From Candidatus Poseidoniaceae archaeon (lineage in GTDB: Archaea; Thermoplasmatota; Poseidoniia; Poseidoniales; Poseidoniaceae): a DNA stretch of 64,000 nucleotides. A program made the translations under genes and the position numbers. Under the pieces are notes generated by a model. That model was not told the DNA's origin, searched no databases, and was given only the letters and a program-made list of their open reading frames with translations. Positions 38,960-47,245 of this stretch are shown piece by piece. Where the stretch lies: positions 22,623-86,622 of the forward strand of contig CASIAP010000008.1 in NCBI GenBank assembly GCA_949372645.1, in the 5' to 3' direction. The first letter of the stretch is position 1; the number at the start of each line of letters is the position of its first letter.

Positions 38960-40243
38960 TCACGATTTGGCATGGATTTTGAGGACATCGCCGTCACTCA
39001 TTTCGTGCTCTGCTCCAACAACACGTCGACTTCTTCCATCTACGCCGCGGATAAAGCCATCTCCCAGATCGCTGTGAACTTTGTAGGCCAATAATTTGGC
39101 TTGAATCCCTGAAGGGACGACAAAGGCATCAGGTAACACCTTTCCATCGCCATCCGTCCAATGCGATTCATCTTGAACTGGATAGACGACTATATGGTTA
39201 AGTTCGTCAAACAAGACCGTGTCAAGCAGCGTTGATACACCTGTACCATTGTGAGTGGAAAGACGCTCAAGCATGTGATTTAATGCCTTGATCTGGGGTT
39301 CTGAGAGGGCGGCTTTGTTGGTAAATTTGAAGGTGTTCTGTCCTGGAATATACGAGATTAAATCAGCTGATGCTGCGCGACGAAGGCCCAATTCCATATC
39401 CGCCATACAAGGCATAAGGCTGCCATTTGCAGTGATCTCTTGAAGAACTCCTACAGGAGCGATATCGAATTTATTGGCTGCAATATGTATGGGGAACAGG
39501 GCTGTGCGAACATGGACGGCGAGTGCAGTAATTGTCTGTTGGTCCCAATCCCAAGGGCTACCAAGAGTTTCATGATCGCTTTTGAATGCTTCAAAGGAAG
39601 TGGCAATCGATTGCGAGGTTGCCCCGAGACCTGTTAATTGCTCGTGAATGTAGCCGATTAAGCCCTTCTCTCCTTCTGCTTGAACTCGGCGAACACCGCG
39701 TGTCCAACCATCGTTCAACAACCCTGCAATCCAAGCATCGAGTTCTCTACCGAGAAATTCTATCTCTTCACCGATGCGTCGTTGTGCAGTCTCTTTACTC
39801 TGATTTGCACCTTGCGGATTTCCTTCAAGGTCAGTTGTTCCTGCTGCATCAATCACTTGGATGAGTGCATCGCAATTCGCTAAATCGGCAAGGAAAGCAT
39901 TTCCTCTTCCTTTGCCTTCACTGGCCCCAGGGACAAGCCCTGCAATATCGACCAAAAAACACGGTACAAGTCTGCGGTGAGCGATACAGGAACCTGTTCG
40001 AGGCTCACATAAACTCCCTTGCCGAGGGTCGTTCTCTGCGACTGCCTCGATTCGGCCTTCAGCCTCCAGCCGTTGTCGAATATCCTTGCAAGGGCAATCG
40101 ATTCGGGCTGCTACAAAGGCAACGCCAACGTTCGGCTCAATGGTACAAAAGGGATAATTTGCAATATCCACTTTTGCTAAGGTTGCTGCACTAAAAAAGG
40201 TAGATTTGCCAACATTCGGTTTGCCGACCAATCCGATTTTCAC
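38960..40243 (-). CDS. ychF: YchF/OLA1-like Obg-family NTPase with C-terminal TGS-like domain
   Basis: MKIGLVGKPNVGKSTFFSAAT...ANYPFCTIEPNVG (G1 and the YchF-type switch). 427 aa. Confidence 0.8.
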   Translation of the reverse strand: MKIGLVGKPNVGKSTFFSAATLAKVDIANYPFCTIEPNVGVAFVAARIDCPCKDIRQRLEAEGRIEAVAENDPRQGSLCEPRTGSCIAHRRLVPCFLVDIAGLVPGASEGKGRGNAFLADLANCDALIQVIDAAGTTDLEGNPQGANQSKETAQRRIGEEIEFLGRELDAWIAGLLNDGWTRGVRRVQAEGEKGLIGYIHEQLTGLGATSQSIATSFEAFKSDHETLGSPWDWDQQTITALAVHVRTALFPIHIAANKFDIAPVGVLQEITANGSLMPCMADMELGLRRAASADLISYIPGQNTFKFTNKAALSEPQIKALNHMLERLSTHNGTGVSTLLDTVLFDELNHIVVYPVQDESHWTDGDGKVLPDAFVVPSGIQAKLLAYKVHSDLGDGFIRGVDGRSRRVVGAEHEMSDGDVLKIHAKS

Positions 40244-40267
40244 AGTGATCCCGCCATATGAGCGCGT

Positions 40268-42235
40268 TCACTCTTCTTCTGATTCGAGCATATCAGTTCG
40301 GATCTTAGCCAGCATAATGTCTAACTCCGGAAGATTGAGAACGCCATCGCCATCGAGGTCGACTGCAGAAACCAATCGCCCCATTTCCCAAGGTGGCAGG
40401 TTTGCAATGTTTGCTTTTACTAATGCTTGATGGAATTCAAATCCATTGATGTCTCCTGAGCCATCCAAATCGATTGCGTTAAAGAATTCAAAAATCGATT
40501 GCTTGCTTTTCTTAAGATATTTAGCCAGCATAACAAGTTCTTCAGGAACCGGGAATTCTGTAATTTCGTCATTGTGAAGTTGGGCAGAAACTTGAACGAT
40601 TGAAGAGCCGCCTTCGTCTTCTTGGATCTCTCCAATGTGCAGGGTTGTATCAACGCCAACGCCTCGAGCCAACAAAGTACGAATCGATGTTGAGCCTTCG
40701 ACTAAAGTGTACGAGTCGATGTCGGTTTGAGCCGACATATCAGAATGTGATGCATTGTTTGGACGGCCTGTGTGAATCATACACAAAGCTGCCATAATAC
40801 TTGCCAGCGTCACCATATAGAACGTAGCTGCAGACACTAAAAAGAAGCCTTCTGTTGAAGCAACTGCCTCTTCAACACCTGAGTTTGAAACAGCATAAGC
40901 CGTGAAATCTCCCATAAGAGCGGCGATCGTTGAAACAACACCACCGACTAATGTGAGCCAAACTGCAAGTTGAGCGTTGTTAGCTTTAGCGAGTTTCTTT
41001 CCAGCAATCAGTGGATAGGAAGTGAAGATTGCGGCAAGCATCATCAGACTCCCAACGGTTGAGATAAATCCTGTATCGACAGTGTGGGCCATCGAACCAA
41101 GTTTATCCATTCCAACAAAGGTATCCATGCCGGTGAAGAAACCTCCCACAGCATATATTGGAAGAAGGAGCATTGCTAAAGTTGCTGCAAAAGCACCTGG
41201 GCTCTTGACGATTTTTTCTGGGTTTGAGGCTGCTGTTGCAACCATATTAAACGAGCCTGCAAGCAAGGGGAGGAGACCTAATGTCAGGAGAATTGCACCG
41301 ATATTTTGCAACAGATCTCCAGCATCTGCTGAAGATACGAAGAATGGAGGAATGGTTATGAAAAGGAACAACATACTTACCTTCTGCATCGATTCAGACC
41401 AAACTGGCTTTCCAGCTGTAAATGGAATGATGTGGTAGGCAACTGCAAAAATCAAAGCGAGAGGAACCCATCCGGTTAAGACCCGTTCAGCCATCCAAAC
41501 GGTTTGTGTCGAATCAAGGAGTCCTCCGAAGAAGATCAACAACATAGCCATGATTTTAGAAACCAAAGCAAGCACCAAAAACCATGTTGTTGGGGATATG
41601 TCGTTGTGCTCTCGATCACCAATTGTGATGAACACGTTGATGAGAAGGGCGATATGTAGCATTGATCCAACAACAAGCATTGAGATGTTTTGTAGAGTTT
41701 CAAGAAGACTTGCTCCATCGGCGACATCAATGAAAGAAAAGACGGCTGGAAGAAGGAGCACGACAAGTGTCGAGACCGTCAGAAGAACGGCGATCATGGA
41801 TGCACTGGCTTCACTGGCTAGACGGCCTTTCGAAGCACGGGATATAGCAACAAGTGCTGCACCAACTAAAAGGTAATTCAGAGCTGTTGAAAAGAAGATA
41901 GCTGTGAAGTCAGTCAGCAGTGAACCGTCATCATAACTCCAACCAATACTGGAAAGGGAATTCAAAGCAGTTGGATCGTAGCGGTGCCAGATACCGAGAA
42001 ACATACCGAGACATGCCATGAAGAACCAAGCCATTCCGAACCGTAGCCAAGTTTTGCTACCGCTTCCAGGCTTGTCGTTAAAGAGATCAATCAATCCAAT
42101 TGGAGCCTTGTTTAACAAAAACAATCCAACTTGGCGAAGAGAACTTGCCATTCCTCCAATTCCTTGAACCATATAGTTCGAAACAAGGAAAAGTGAAACA
42201 AGCATGAGAGCTGCAGAAATAAATACTGTTTCCAT
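40268..42235 (-). CDS. Polytopic (~12-14 TM) membrane protein of unknown family with two C-terminal EF-hands
   Basis: 655-aa ORF. Hydrophobic helices span the first ~500 aa. The soluble tail carries two canonical 12-residue Ca2+ loops. Confidence 0.7.
   Translation of the reverse strand: METVFISAALMLVSLFLVSNYMVQGIGGMASSLRQVGLFLLNKAPIGLIDLFNDKPGSGSKTWLRFGMAWFFMACLGMFLGIWHRYDPTALNSLSSIGWSYDDGSLLTDFTAIFFSTALNYLLVGAALVAISRASKGRLASEASASMIAVLLTVSTLVVLLLPAVFSFIDVADGASLLETLQNISMLVVGSMLHIALLINVFITIGDREHNDISPTTWFLVLALVSKIMAMLLIFFGGLLDSTQTVWMAERVLTGWVPLALIFAVAYHIIPFTAGKPVWSESMQKVSMLFLFITIPPFFVSSADAGDLLQNIGAILLTLGLLPLLAGSFNMVATAASNPEKIVKSPGAFAATLAMLLLPIYAVGGFFTGMDTFVGMDKLGSMAHTVDTGFISTVGSLMMLAAIFTSYPLIAGKKLAKANNAQLAVWLTLVGGVVSTIAALMGDFTAYAVSNSGVEEAVASTEGFFLVSAATFYMVTLASIMAALCMIHTGRPNNASHSDMSAQTDIDSYTLVEGSTSIRTLLARGVGVDTTLHIGEIQEDEGGSSIVQVSAQLHNDEITEFPVPEELVMLAKYLKKSKQSIFEFFNAIDLDGSGDINGFEFHQALVKANIANLPPWEMGRLVSAVDLDGDGVLNLPELDIMLAKIRTDMLESEEE
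40325..40471 (-). other. Paired EF-hand Ca2+-binding loops
   Basis: DLDGSGDINGFE is encoded at 40436-40471 and DLDGDGVLNLPE at 40325-40360. Both fit D-x-[DN]-x-[DSG]-G-x-[ILV]-x2-x-E. Confidence 0.8.
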
Positions 42236-42241
42236 ACATCA

Positions 42242-42249
42242 CACCTCCT
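42242..42249 (-). promoter_or_regulatory. Strong Shine-Dalgarno AGGAGGTG, 6 nt upstream of ATG 42235, overlapping the stop of the upstream 90-aa ORF
   Basis: Read directly as the reverse complement of cacctcct. Confidence 0.6.
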
Positions 42250-42521
42250 TAGTCAACAATGACCTCGCTTAGAAGTGAAGCCACAATCGCTCCAACTCCA
42301 ACCAAAATTCCAATGAGATAATACCAAATTCCACTGCCACCTAGATTTCCAATCAAAGGAACAAGTTCGCCGAGCAAGGGAAGGTTATCCCAACCAAACA
42401 CATTTGAGAAAAGCGCAAGGATGCCGAGAAGGCCAACTGAGAAAAGAGTCAAGAATACTCGACTGCTCGATGGTTCGCCTGTTCCAACAGTCACATCTGG
42501 TAGAGTTGTTGTATTCGTCAT
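42249..42521 (-). CDS. Small 2-TM membrane protein, co-oriented and 13 nt upstream of the EF-hand membrane protein
   Basis: 90 aa with hydrophobic FLTLFSVGLLGILALF and YYLIGILVGVGAIVASLL. Confidence 0.5.
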   Translation of the reverse strand: MTNTTTLPDVTVGTGEPSSSRVFLTLFSVGLLGILALFSNVFGWDNLPLLGELVPLIGNLGGSGIWYYLIGILVGVGAIVASLLSEVIVD

Positions 42522-42628
42522 CAGCCTTCACCCTTACATGACCCCATAGGGGACATTCCGCCCACTCGTATTGCGGTCATAAACATTCACTCCATTCAAG
42601 GAGCATTTCTTTGATTGAAAAACTAGAT

Positions 42629-43795
42629 TCAAGGAGAGCGAAGTCTGTCCAGAAGATTTCCTCTTCTATGCTTTGAGATTCCCAAAGGCACGGGAAGTGC
42701 TTGTTCCAAAAGTATCTCTTCTTGCCATGCTTGCTCACATGAACAAGAAAGCCCTTTGAATTCTTCAAGTTCTCCGGAAACAGCATATCGTTCAATGGCG
42801 GCAACAACGACTGAATCACAAGCACCACAATTGTGGGCGCCACGAACTCTACCGCCAGCTGTTGGATGAATGATGAGTCGGCAAACTTGATCTTTGTCAC
42901 CGTTTTTCCCACCATTTGGATGAATAGTTGGGTGAACGCGGCGAATCATTTCAACCAAAGACCATAGCCAAGGCGGACGATATTCGCTATTTCGATGAAG
43001 GCGGTCGATGATGGTGCCGCGCTGGATATTCATTGGGTTCACTGAAATTTCATCACTTCTTTGTGCAACGTCTTCAACCCATTTCACGCCATGATTCAAA
43101 GCATCAGCTTCACTCATGAAAGGTGGTTTAAACATGAGATACGTCTTCACTCGAATATCGAACTTTTTCAAATTTTCAACAGCTCGATCCCAAGACTTTG
43201 TCGTAAAACCCTTGTTAACGTGGAAGCGAAGTACTTCGTCATCATAGGCTTCAAGTCCAATCGCTACTGCAAAGCTTTGATTCAATTGCGATGCCCAAGC
43301 AAGTTTCTCTTCTGTTAATTGTTCACATCGGCTTTCTACAATCAATTCTTTGCCAAGATCATGGCAATCTTTCAAAACTGTTTCTTGAAATTCAACTGGA
43401 ATCTCTCGGTCTTCAAGCAGTGAGCCACTCGTGTAGACTTTGACCATCCCGTGATCTTTGAAATCTTTGAATTTCTCTTTTGCATACGCCCATTGTGCAT
43501 GTAAATCATCATTGGTGACATCGTCACGTGTATCGTTGAAATAACCACAGAAAGTACATCCACTCGACCACCACCAATGGCACCCTTTGGTTCGTAGAAT
43601 AACGGTCACTGCGCTGCATGGCGTCCCATCAGCGAGCGTTTCAGGAGTGTAGTATACAGTCGCAGGTTCACTTGCATCCCATGATTGTTGGCGGGCAACA
43701 GCCCAAGGAGTATTTGCTGGGGCTTTGACCAGGTCATGGATACGGGCACCTTTCTTCCCCTCTCCAACTAACGTCAATGATTTTGGCCCCGACAT
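42629..43795 (-). CDS. Radical-SAM protein, TIGR01210/RaSEA-like (archaeosine biosynthesis partner of ArcS)
   Basis: Cys cluster TKGCHWWWSSGCTFCGY (C-x7-C-x2-C) near the N-terminus and a further Cys pair HNCGACD near the C-terminus. The 388-aa size and overall pattern recall RaSEA (from memory). Confidence 0.5.
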   Translation of the reverse strand: MSGPKSLTLVGEGKKGARIHDLVKAPANTPWAVARQQSWDASEPATVYYTPETLADGTPCSAVTVILRTKGCHWWWSSGCTFCGYFNDTRDDVTNDDLHAQWAYAKEKFKDFKDHGMVKVYTSGSLLEDREIPVEFQETVLKDCHDLGKELIVESRCEQLTEEKLAWASQLNQSFAVAIGLEAYDDEVLRFHVNKGFTTKSWDRAVENLKKFDIRVKTYLMFKPPFMSEADALNHGVKWVEDVAQRSDEISVNPMNIQRGTIIDRLHRNSEYRPPWLWSLVEMIRRVHPTIHPNGGKNGDKDQVCRLIIHPTAGGRVRGAHNCGACDSVVVAAIERYAVSGELEEFKGLSCSCEQAWQEEILLEQALPVPLGISKHRRGNLLDRLRSP

Positions 43796-43858
43796 CGTGT
43801 TCCCCTATGTGAAGTGGCTCGTCTTTGGTGTTTCAATCCACCGCCCAGCAAAATCGAC

Positions 43859-44710
43859 TTAATCGTTCACTGGAGTGAACAGGATTGTGGAGCCGGCCTG
43901 GACAAATTCTCCCTTCGGATATTTTGGATTCTTTTCTTCAGCAGAACATACATTCGGCGTAAAAAGGACCGCTGGTGCTCGAAGATCAACACGGGAACCA
44001 AGACGAATCATACCGTAACGTTGTCCTCTGCGGACTTCAGAATCAACTTGAAGCCAAGGGACGATTGTTCGTGCCAGTGCACCGGAGATTTGTGTAACTT
44101 CAACAAGAATCTCTTTGTCACCTTGGAACACACTTCGAACTCTTTCATTGTATTGGCTTTCTTTTTTATAAGCAGCTACAAATGGTCCACGGCGTAGTCC
44201 TTTTCCTGTTCTGTGTTCCATTCGAAGCAAGGTTCCGGCGAAAGGTGCTCGGTTTACATGGACATCCAATGGTGACATGAAAACAGCAATTCTGTAAACA
44301 TCGTTCTCTGATTCTTGGCCTTTGGGAACCGCTTCAAAACGCTGCTCTGTTTCGAAAAGTAATGGGTTCGGCGAGGGTTCGGGGAACCAATCACCAGTCA
44401 AAGCATCTGATTCACATGCCCCAGCCTCAAGCTCGTCTTTCGATGGTCTTCGCCCTATAGCTCGTTCACGACGAACAAACATCACATGGCCATCAGCAGG
44501 ACTGACAAGTACGCCTTCATCTTGAGGGATTGGGCGGTCAGGATCTCGCCAGAAATTTGCGAAAAAGGCTGCAAGCATGAAACAAAATATTCCGAAAAAC
44601 GGAACCAGGCCATACAAGGAGTCGATAGTCGCTCCAATAATTAAGGCGCTACCGCCCATCAAAATTGGAATAAAGACAGGCGCGTGGCCGCCATGAGCCA
44701 AACCTGCCAT
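43859..44710 (-). CDS. psd: Phosphatidyl/archaetidylserine decarboxylase proenzyme
   Basis: N-terminal TM helices, FMSPLDVHVNRAPFAG and the cleavage-site region MIRLGSRVDL. Confidence 0.8.
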   Translation of the reverse strand: MAGLAHGGHAPVFIPILMGGSALIIGATIDSLYGLVPFFGIFCFMLAAFFANFWRDPDRPIPQDEGVLVSPADGHVMFVRRERAIGRRPSKDELEAGACESDALTGDWFPEPSPNPLLFETEQRFEAVPKGQESENDVYRIAVFMSPLDVHVNRAPFAGTLLRMEHRTGKGLRRGPFVAAYKKESQYNERVRSVFQGDKEILVEVTQISGALARTIVPWLQVDSEVRRGQRYGMIRLGSRVDLRAPAVLFTPNVCSAEEKNPKYPKGEFVQAGSTILFTPVND

Positions 44711-44721
44711 GGTGAATCACC

Positions 44722-45519
44722 TCACTCTGCCCAAGGGTCTTGACCGTCAGCCCAAGTTGAAGCTGCGGTAGTTTCAGGACCTGCTTGTTCTTCAGCAACT
44801 TCTTCAGCAACTTCTTCAGTTACTACTTCAGCAACATCTTCAGTAACTTCTTCGACTGCTTTAGCAGGTTCAGAACCTTCACTGGTAGAAATAATTTCAG
44901 CCTCTTCCATGGTCATTTCAGCAGCACGTGAATCGACTAATTCGTCGATGCGTTCGGTGAAAGCACGAGCCATGTGCTGTGACTTGCGTTCAGCTTCAAT
45001 AGCGCTCTCGATCATTTCATAGCGAACCTTGATCGCTTTGTTGAGGTCTTCGAAAATTCGCATGTGATCGACATACCAATCGTCACGGGTTTTCATTTCT
45101 TTAACAGCGAGGCGAAGATCATTGTCAAGTTCCTCTGCAATTCCGTACACTCGGCCAAGGCGGTCCTTTTCACGAGTGTACTTTTCTTCCATCTTTTCGA
45201 GTTCAGGTTCAAGGCGCTCAACAGTCTTACTTGACTTTGCAGCCCGGAGTTCGAGTTCACGAACACGGTTGTCTTTTTCGTCGAGAAGACTTCGTAGTGA
45301 GTCTTTTTCAACTGCCCCTTCGATAATTTCTTTCTCAAGAACTTCGATCGTTGCAAGCGAGGCATCTAAATCTCGTTGTGCGCCTTGAAATGCTTCATAG
45401 AGAACTTCAATTTTAACTTCTAAATCTTCAACGGTTTGCGTTGGTTCAGTGGCGGCTGGGGTAATGTTTCCTTCTTCGGTCATTGTCTCACCCGGAGGCA
45501 AGCCTCCATGGTCTCCCAT
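44722..45519 (-). CDS. Hypothetical coiled-coil protein with acidic Val/Glu-repeat C-terminus
   Basis: Heptad-like Glu/Lys/Leu-rich core. The tail is EEVTEDVAEVVTEEVAEEVAEEQ. ATG 45519 is preceded by GGTGGAGG. The ORF is open to 45591. Confidence 0.5.
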   Translation of the reverse strand: MGDHGGLPPGETMTEEGNITPAATEPTQTVEDLEVKIEVLYEAFQGAQRDLDASLATIEVLEKEIIEGAVEKDSLRSLLDEKDNRVRELELRAAKSSKTVERLEPELEKMEEKYTREKDRLGRVYGIAEELDNDLRLAVKEMKTRDDWYVDHMRIFEDLNKAIKVRYEMIESAIEAERKSQHMARAFTERIDELVDSRAAEMTMEEAEIISTSEGSEPAKAVEEVTEDVAEVVTEEVAEEVAEEQAGPETTAASTWADGQDPWAE

Positions 45520-45587
45520 TCGCCTCCACCCTATCAAACCGACGCTTGAAAGCGCTGATATTAGGTCCCCAATGCGAGCATTTTGTA

Positions 45588-46550
45588 TCAACGGAATGAG
45601 TTAGTGAGCGTGACGAGTTCTCGTGCAATACTTACTTCACCCATAGAGTGCCCAGCATCAGGCACGAGAATAAGCGTACTGTTCGGCATTGATTTGTGCA
45701 ATTCCCAAGCACTGCGTGCTGGGCAAACAACATCATAGCGACCTTGAACAATCGTGGTTGGTATGTGTTGGATTGATTCTATGTGATTGAGAATATGGGC
45801 TTCTTCTAGGAAAATAGCATTGATAAAGTAGTGGCATTCGATTCGAGCGAAAGCAACTGCAAAATCAAGATCTTCTGCTTTTTCAAGATACGAATCATCT
45901 GGGAACAGGCGGCTGGTTGCCATTTCCCAACGTGTCCACTCCTTTGCAGCTGCGCGCCGGATATTGATGTCTTCACTGGTGAGACGAAGGTGATAGGCTT
46001 TGATGAGGTTCTTCTGTTCTTGTTTTGGAATATGTTCACGATATGCCTCAAAAGCATCCGGGAATATATGGCTCGCTCCATCTTGATAGAACCATTGTAA
46101 TTCGCTCTTGCGGCACATGAATATGCCTCTTAGCATCAAACTAAGGGCGCGGCGAGGGTGTTCTTGGGCATAGACCAATGCAAGGGTTGAACCCCATGAG
46201 CCACCAAAAACATGCCATTGTTCAATTCCAAATAACTGACGGAGTTGTTCGATATCACTGACAGATGCCTGGGTATTATTTTCATGTAATTCAGCATATG
46301 GTGTCGATTTACCGCACCCTCGTTGATCGAATTGGATGATATTGTAGGTCTTCGGGTCGAAGTATTGGCGATATGCTGGTTGTCCACCGCCACCGGGCCC
46401 ACCATGGATCACAATGACTGGAATCCCATCAGGATTTCCGCTTTTCTCCCATGCGATCGTATGCAATTCAGAAACGCTCAACATACCCGCGTCATACGGT
46501 TCGATGGGTGAATAAAGGACGTCCTCAAGGGTCGTAGTTACATCGAGCAT
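45588..46550 (-). CDS. pip: Proline iminopeptidase (alpha/beta hydrolase)
   Basis: VIHGGPGGG, nucleophile elbow FGGSWGSTLAL and C-terminal DAGHS. Confidence 0.9.
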   Translation of the reverse strand: MLDVTTTLEDVLYSPIEPYDAGMLSVSELHTIAWEKSGNPDGIPVIVIHGGPGGGGQPAYRQYFDPKTYNIIQFDQRGCGKSTPYAELHENNTQASVSDIEQLRQLFGIEQWHVFGGSWGSTLALVYAQEHPRRALSLMLRGIFMCRKSELQWFYQDGASHIFPDAFEAYREHIPKQEQKNLIKAYHLRLTSEDINIRRAAAKEWTRWEMATSRLFPDDSYLEKAEDLDFAVAFARIECHYFINAIFLEEAHILNHIESIQHIPTTIVQGRYDVVCPARSAWELHKSMPNSTLILVPDAGHSMGEVSIARELVTLTNSFR

Positions 46551-46626
46551 GAACCTTCCAACGCTCGGTTATGCATGTTCCTTTCGCATGAACATCTTCT
46601 TGGAATGCTTCGGCCCGGTTCGAAGT

Positions 46627-47244
46627 ATGAGCCGACGAGATGCGACTGAAGTGTTCAGTGAATGGGCAGAAAAAGGTAAGGATGAAGGAATGGAGCAAGG
46701 ACACGCACGCTCGGTGCATGCTATGCTTGAATTAGCCGCTATACCTCGAAGTTCGCCCTATTCGGCCGTCGATGTTGGATGTGGAAATGGTTGGGTGTGT
46801 CGAAGAATCGCACAGGACCAAATGTGCTCACATGTTGTAGGGGTCGATGGTTCGTCGCGTATGATCGAAAAGGCTCACTCCATAGATGGACAAGGAGAAT
46901 ATCATCTTGCAATGCTCCCTGATTGGAAGCCTGAACAATCATTCGATTTGATTCACAGCATGGAATTCCTCTATTACTTATATGACCCGCAATCGATGTT
47001 GAAAGTTTTCCACGATGAGTGGTTAAACAGTGACGGAATGTTGGTCGCCGGAGTAGATCATTACCTTGAAAATGAAGACAGTTTGAGTTGGCCTGATGCT
47101 TTGGACGTGCATATGACGACACTCAGTATTGAGCAATGGCAAACAGCAATGTTGGATGCTGGTTTTGTGGATGTTGAAGTTCATCAGGTCGGGCAAAAAG
47201 AGAACTTTATCGGAACACTCGTGCTCCTTGGTAGGAAAAAGTAA
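46627..47244 (+). CDS. Class I SAM-dependent methyltransferase
   Basis: Motif I VDVGCGNGW. ATG 46627 is chosen to leave a divergent intergenic region with pip (ORF open from 46549). Confidence 0.7.
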   Translation: MSRRDATEVFSEWAEKGKDEGMEQGHARSVHAMLELAAIPRSSPYSAVDVGCGNGWVCRRIAQDQMCSHVVGVDGSSRMIEKAHSIDGQGEYHLAMLPDWKPEQSFDLIHSMEFLYYLYDPQSMLKVFHDEWLNSDGMLVAGVDHYLENEDSLSWPDALDVHMTTLSIEQWQTAMLDAGFVDVEVHQVGQKENFIGTLVLLGRKK

Positions 47245-47245
47245 G

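Noticed and set aside
42577-42915. 112-aa minus-strand ORF
   Set aside because: It lies in another frame almost wholly inside the 3' part of the RaSEA-like radical-SAM CDS.
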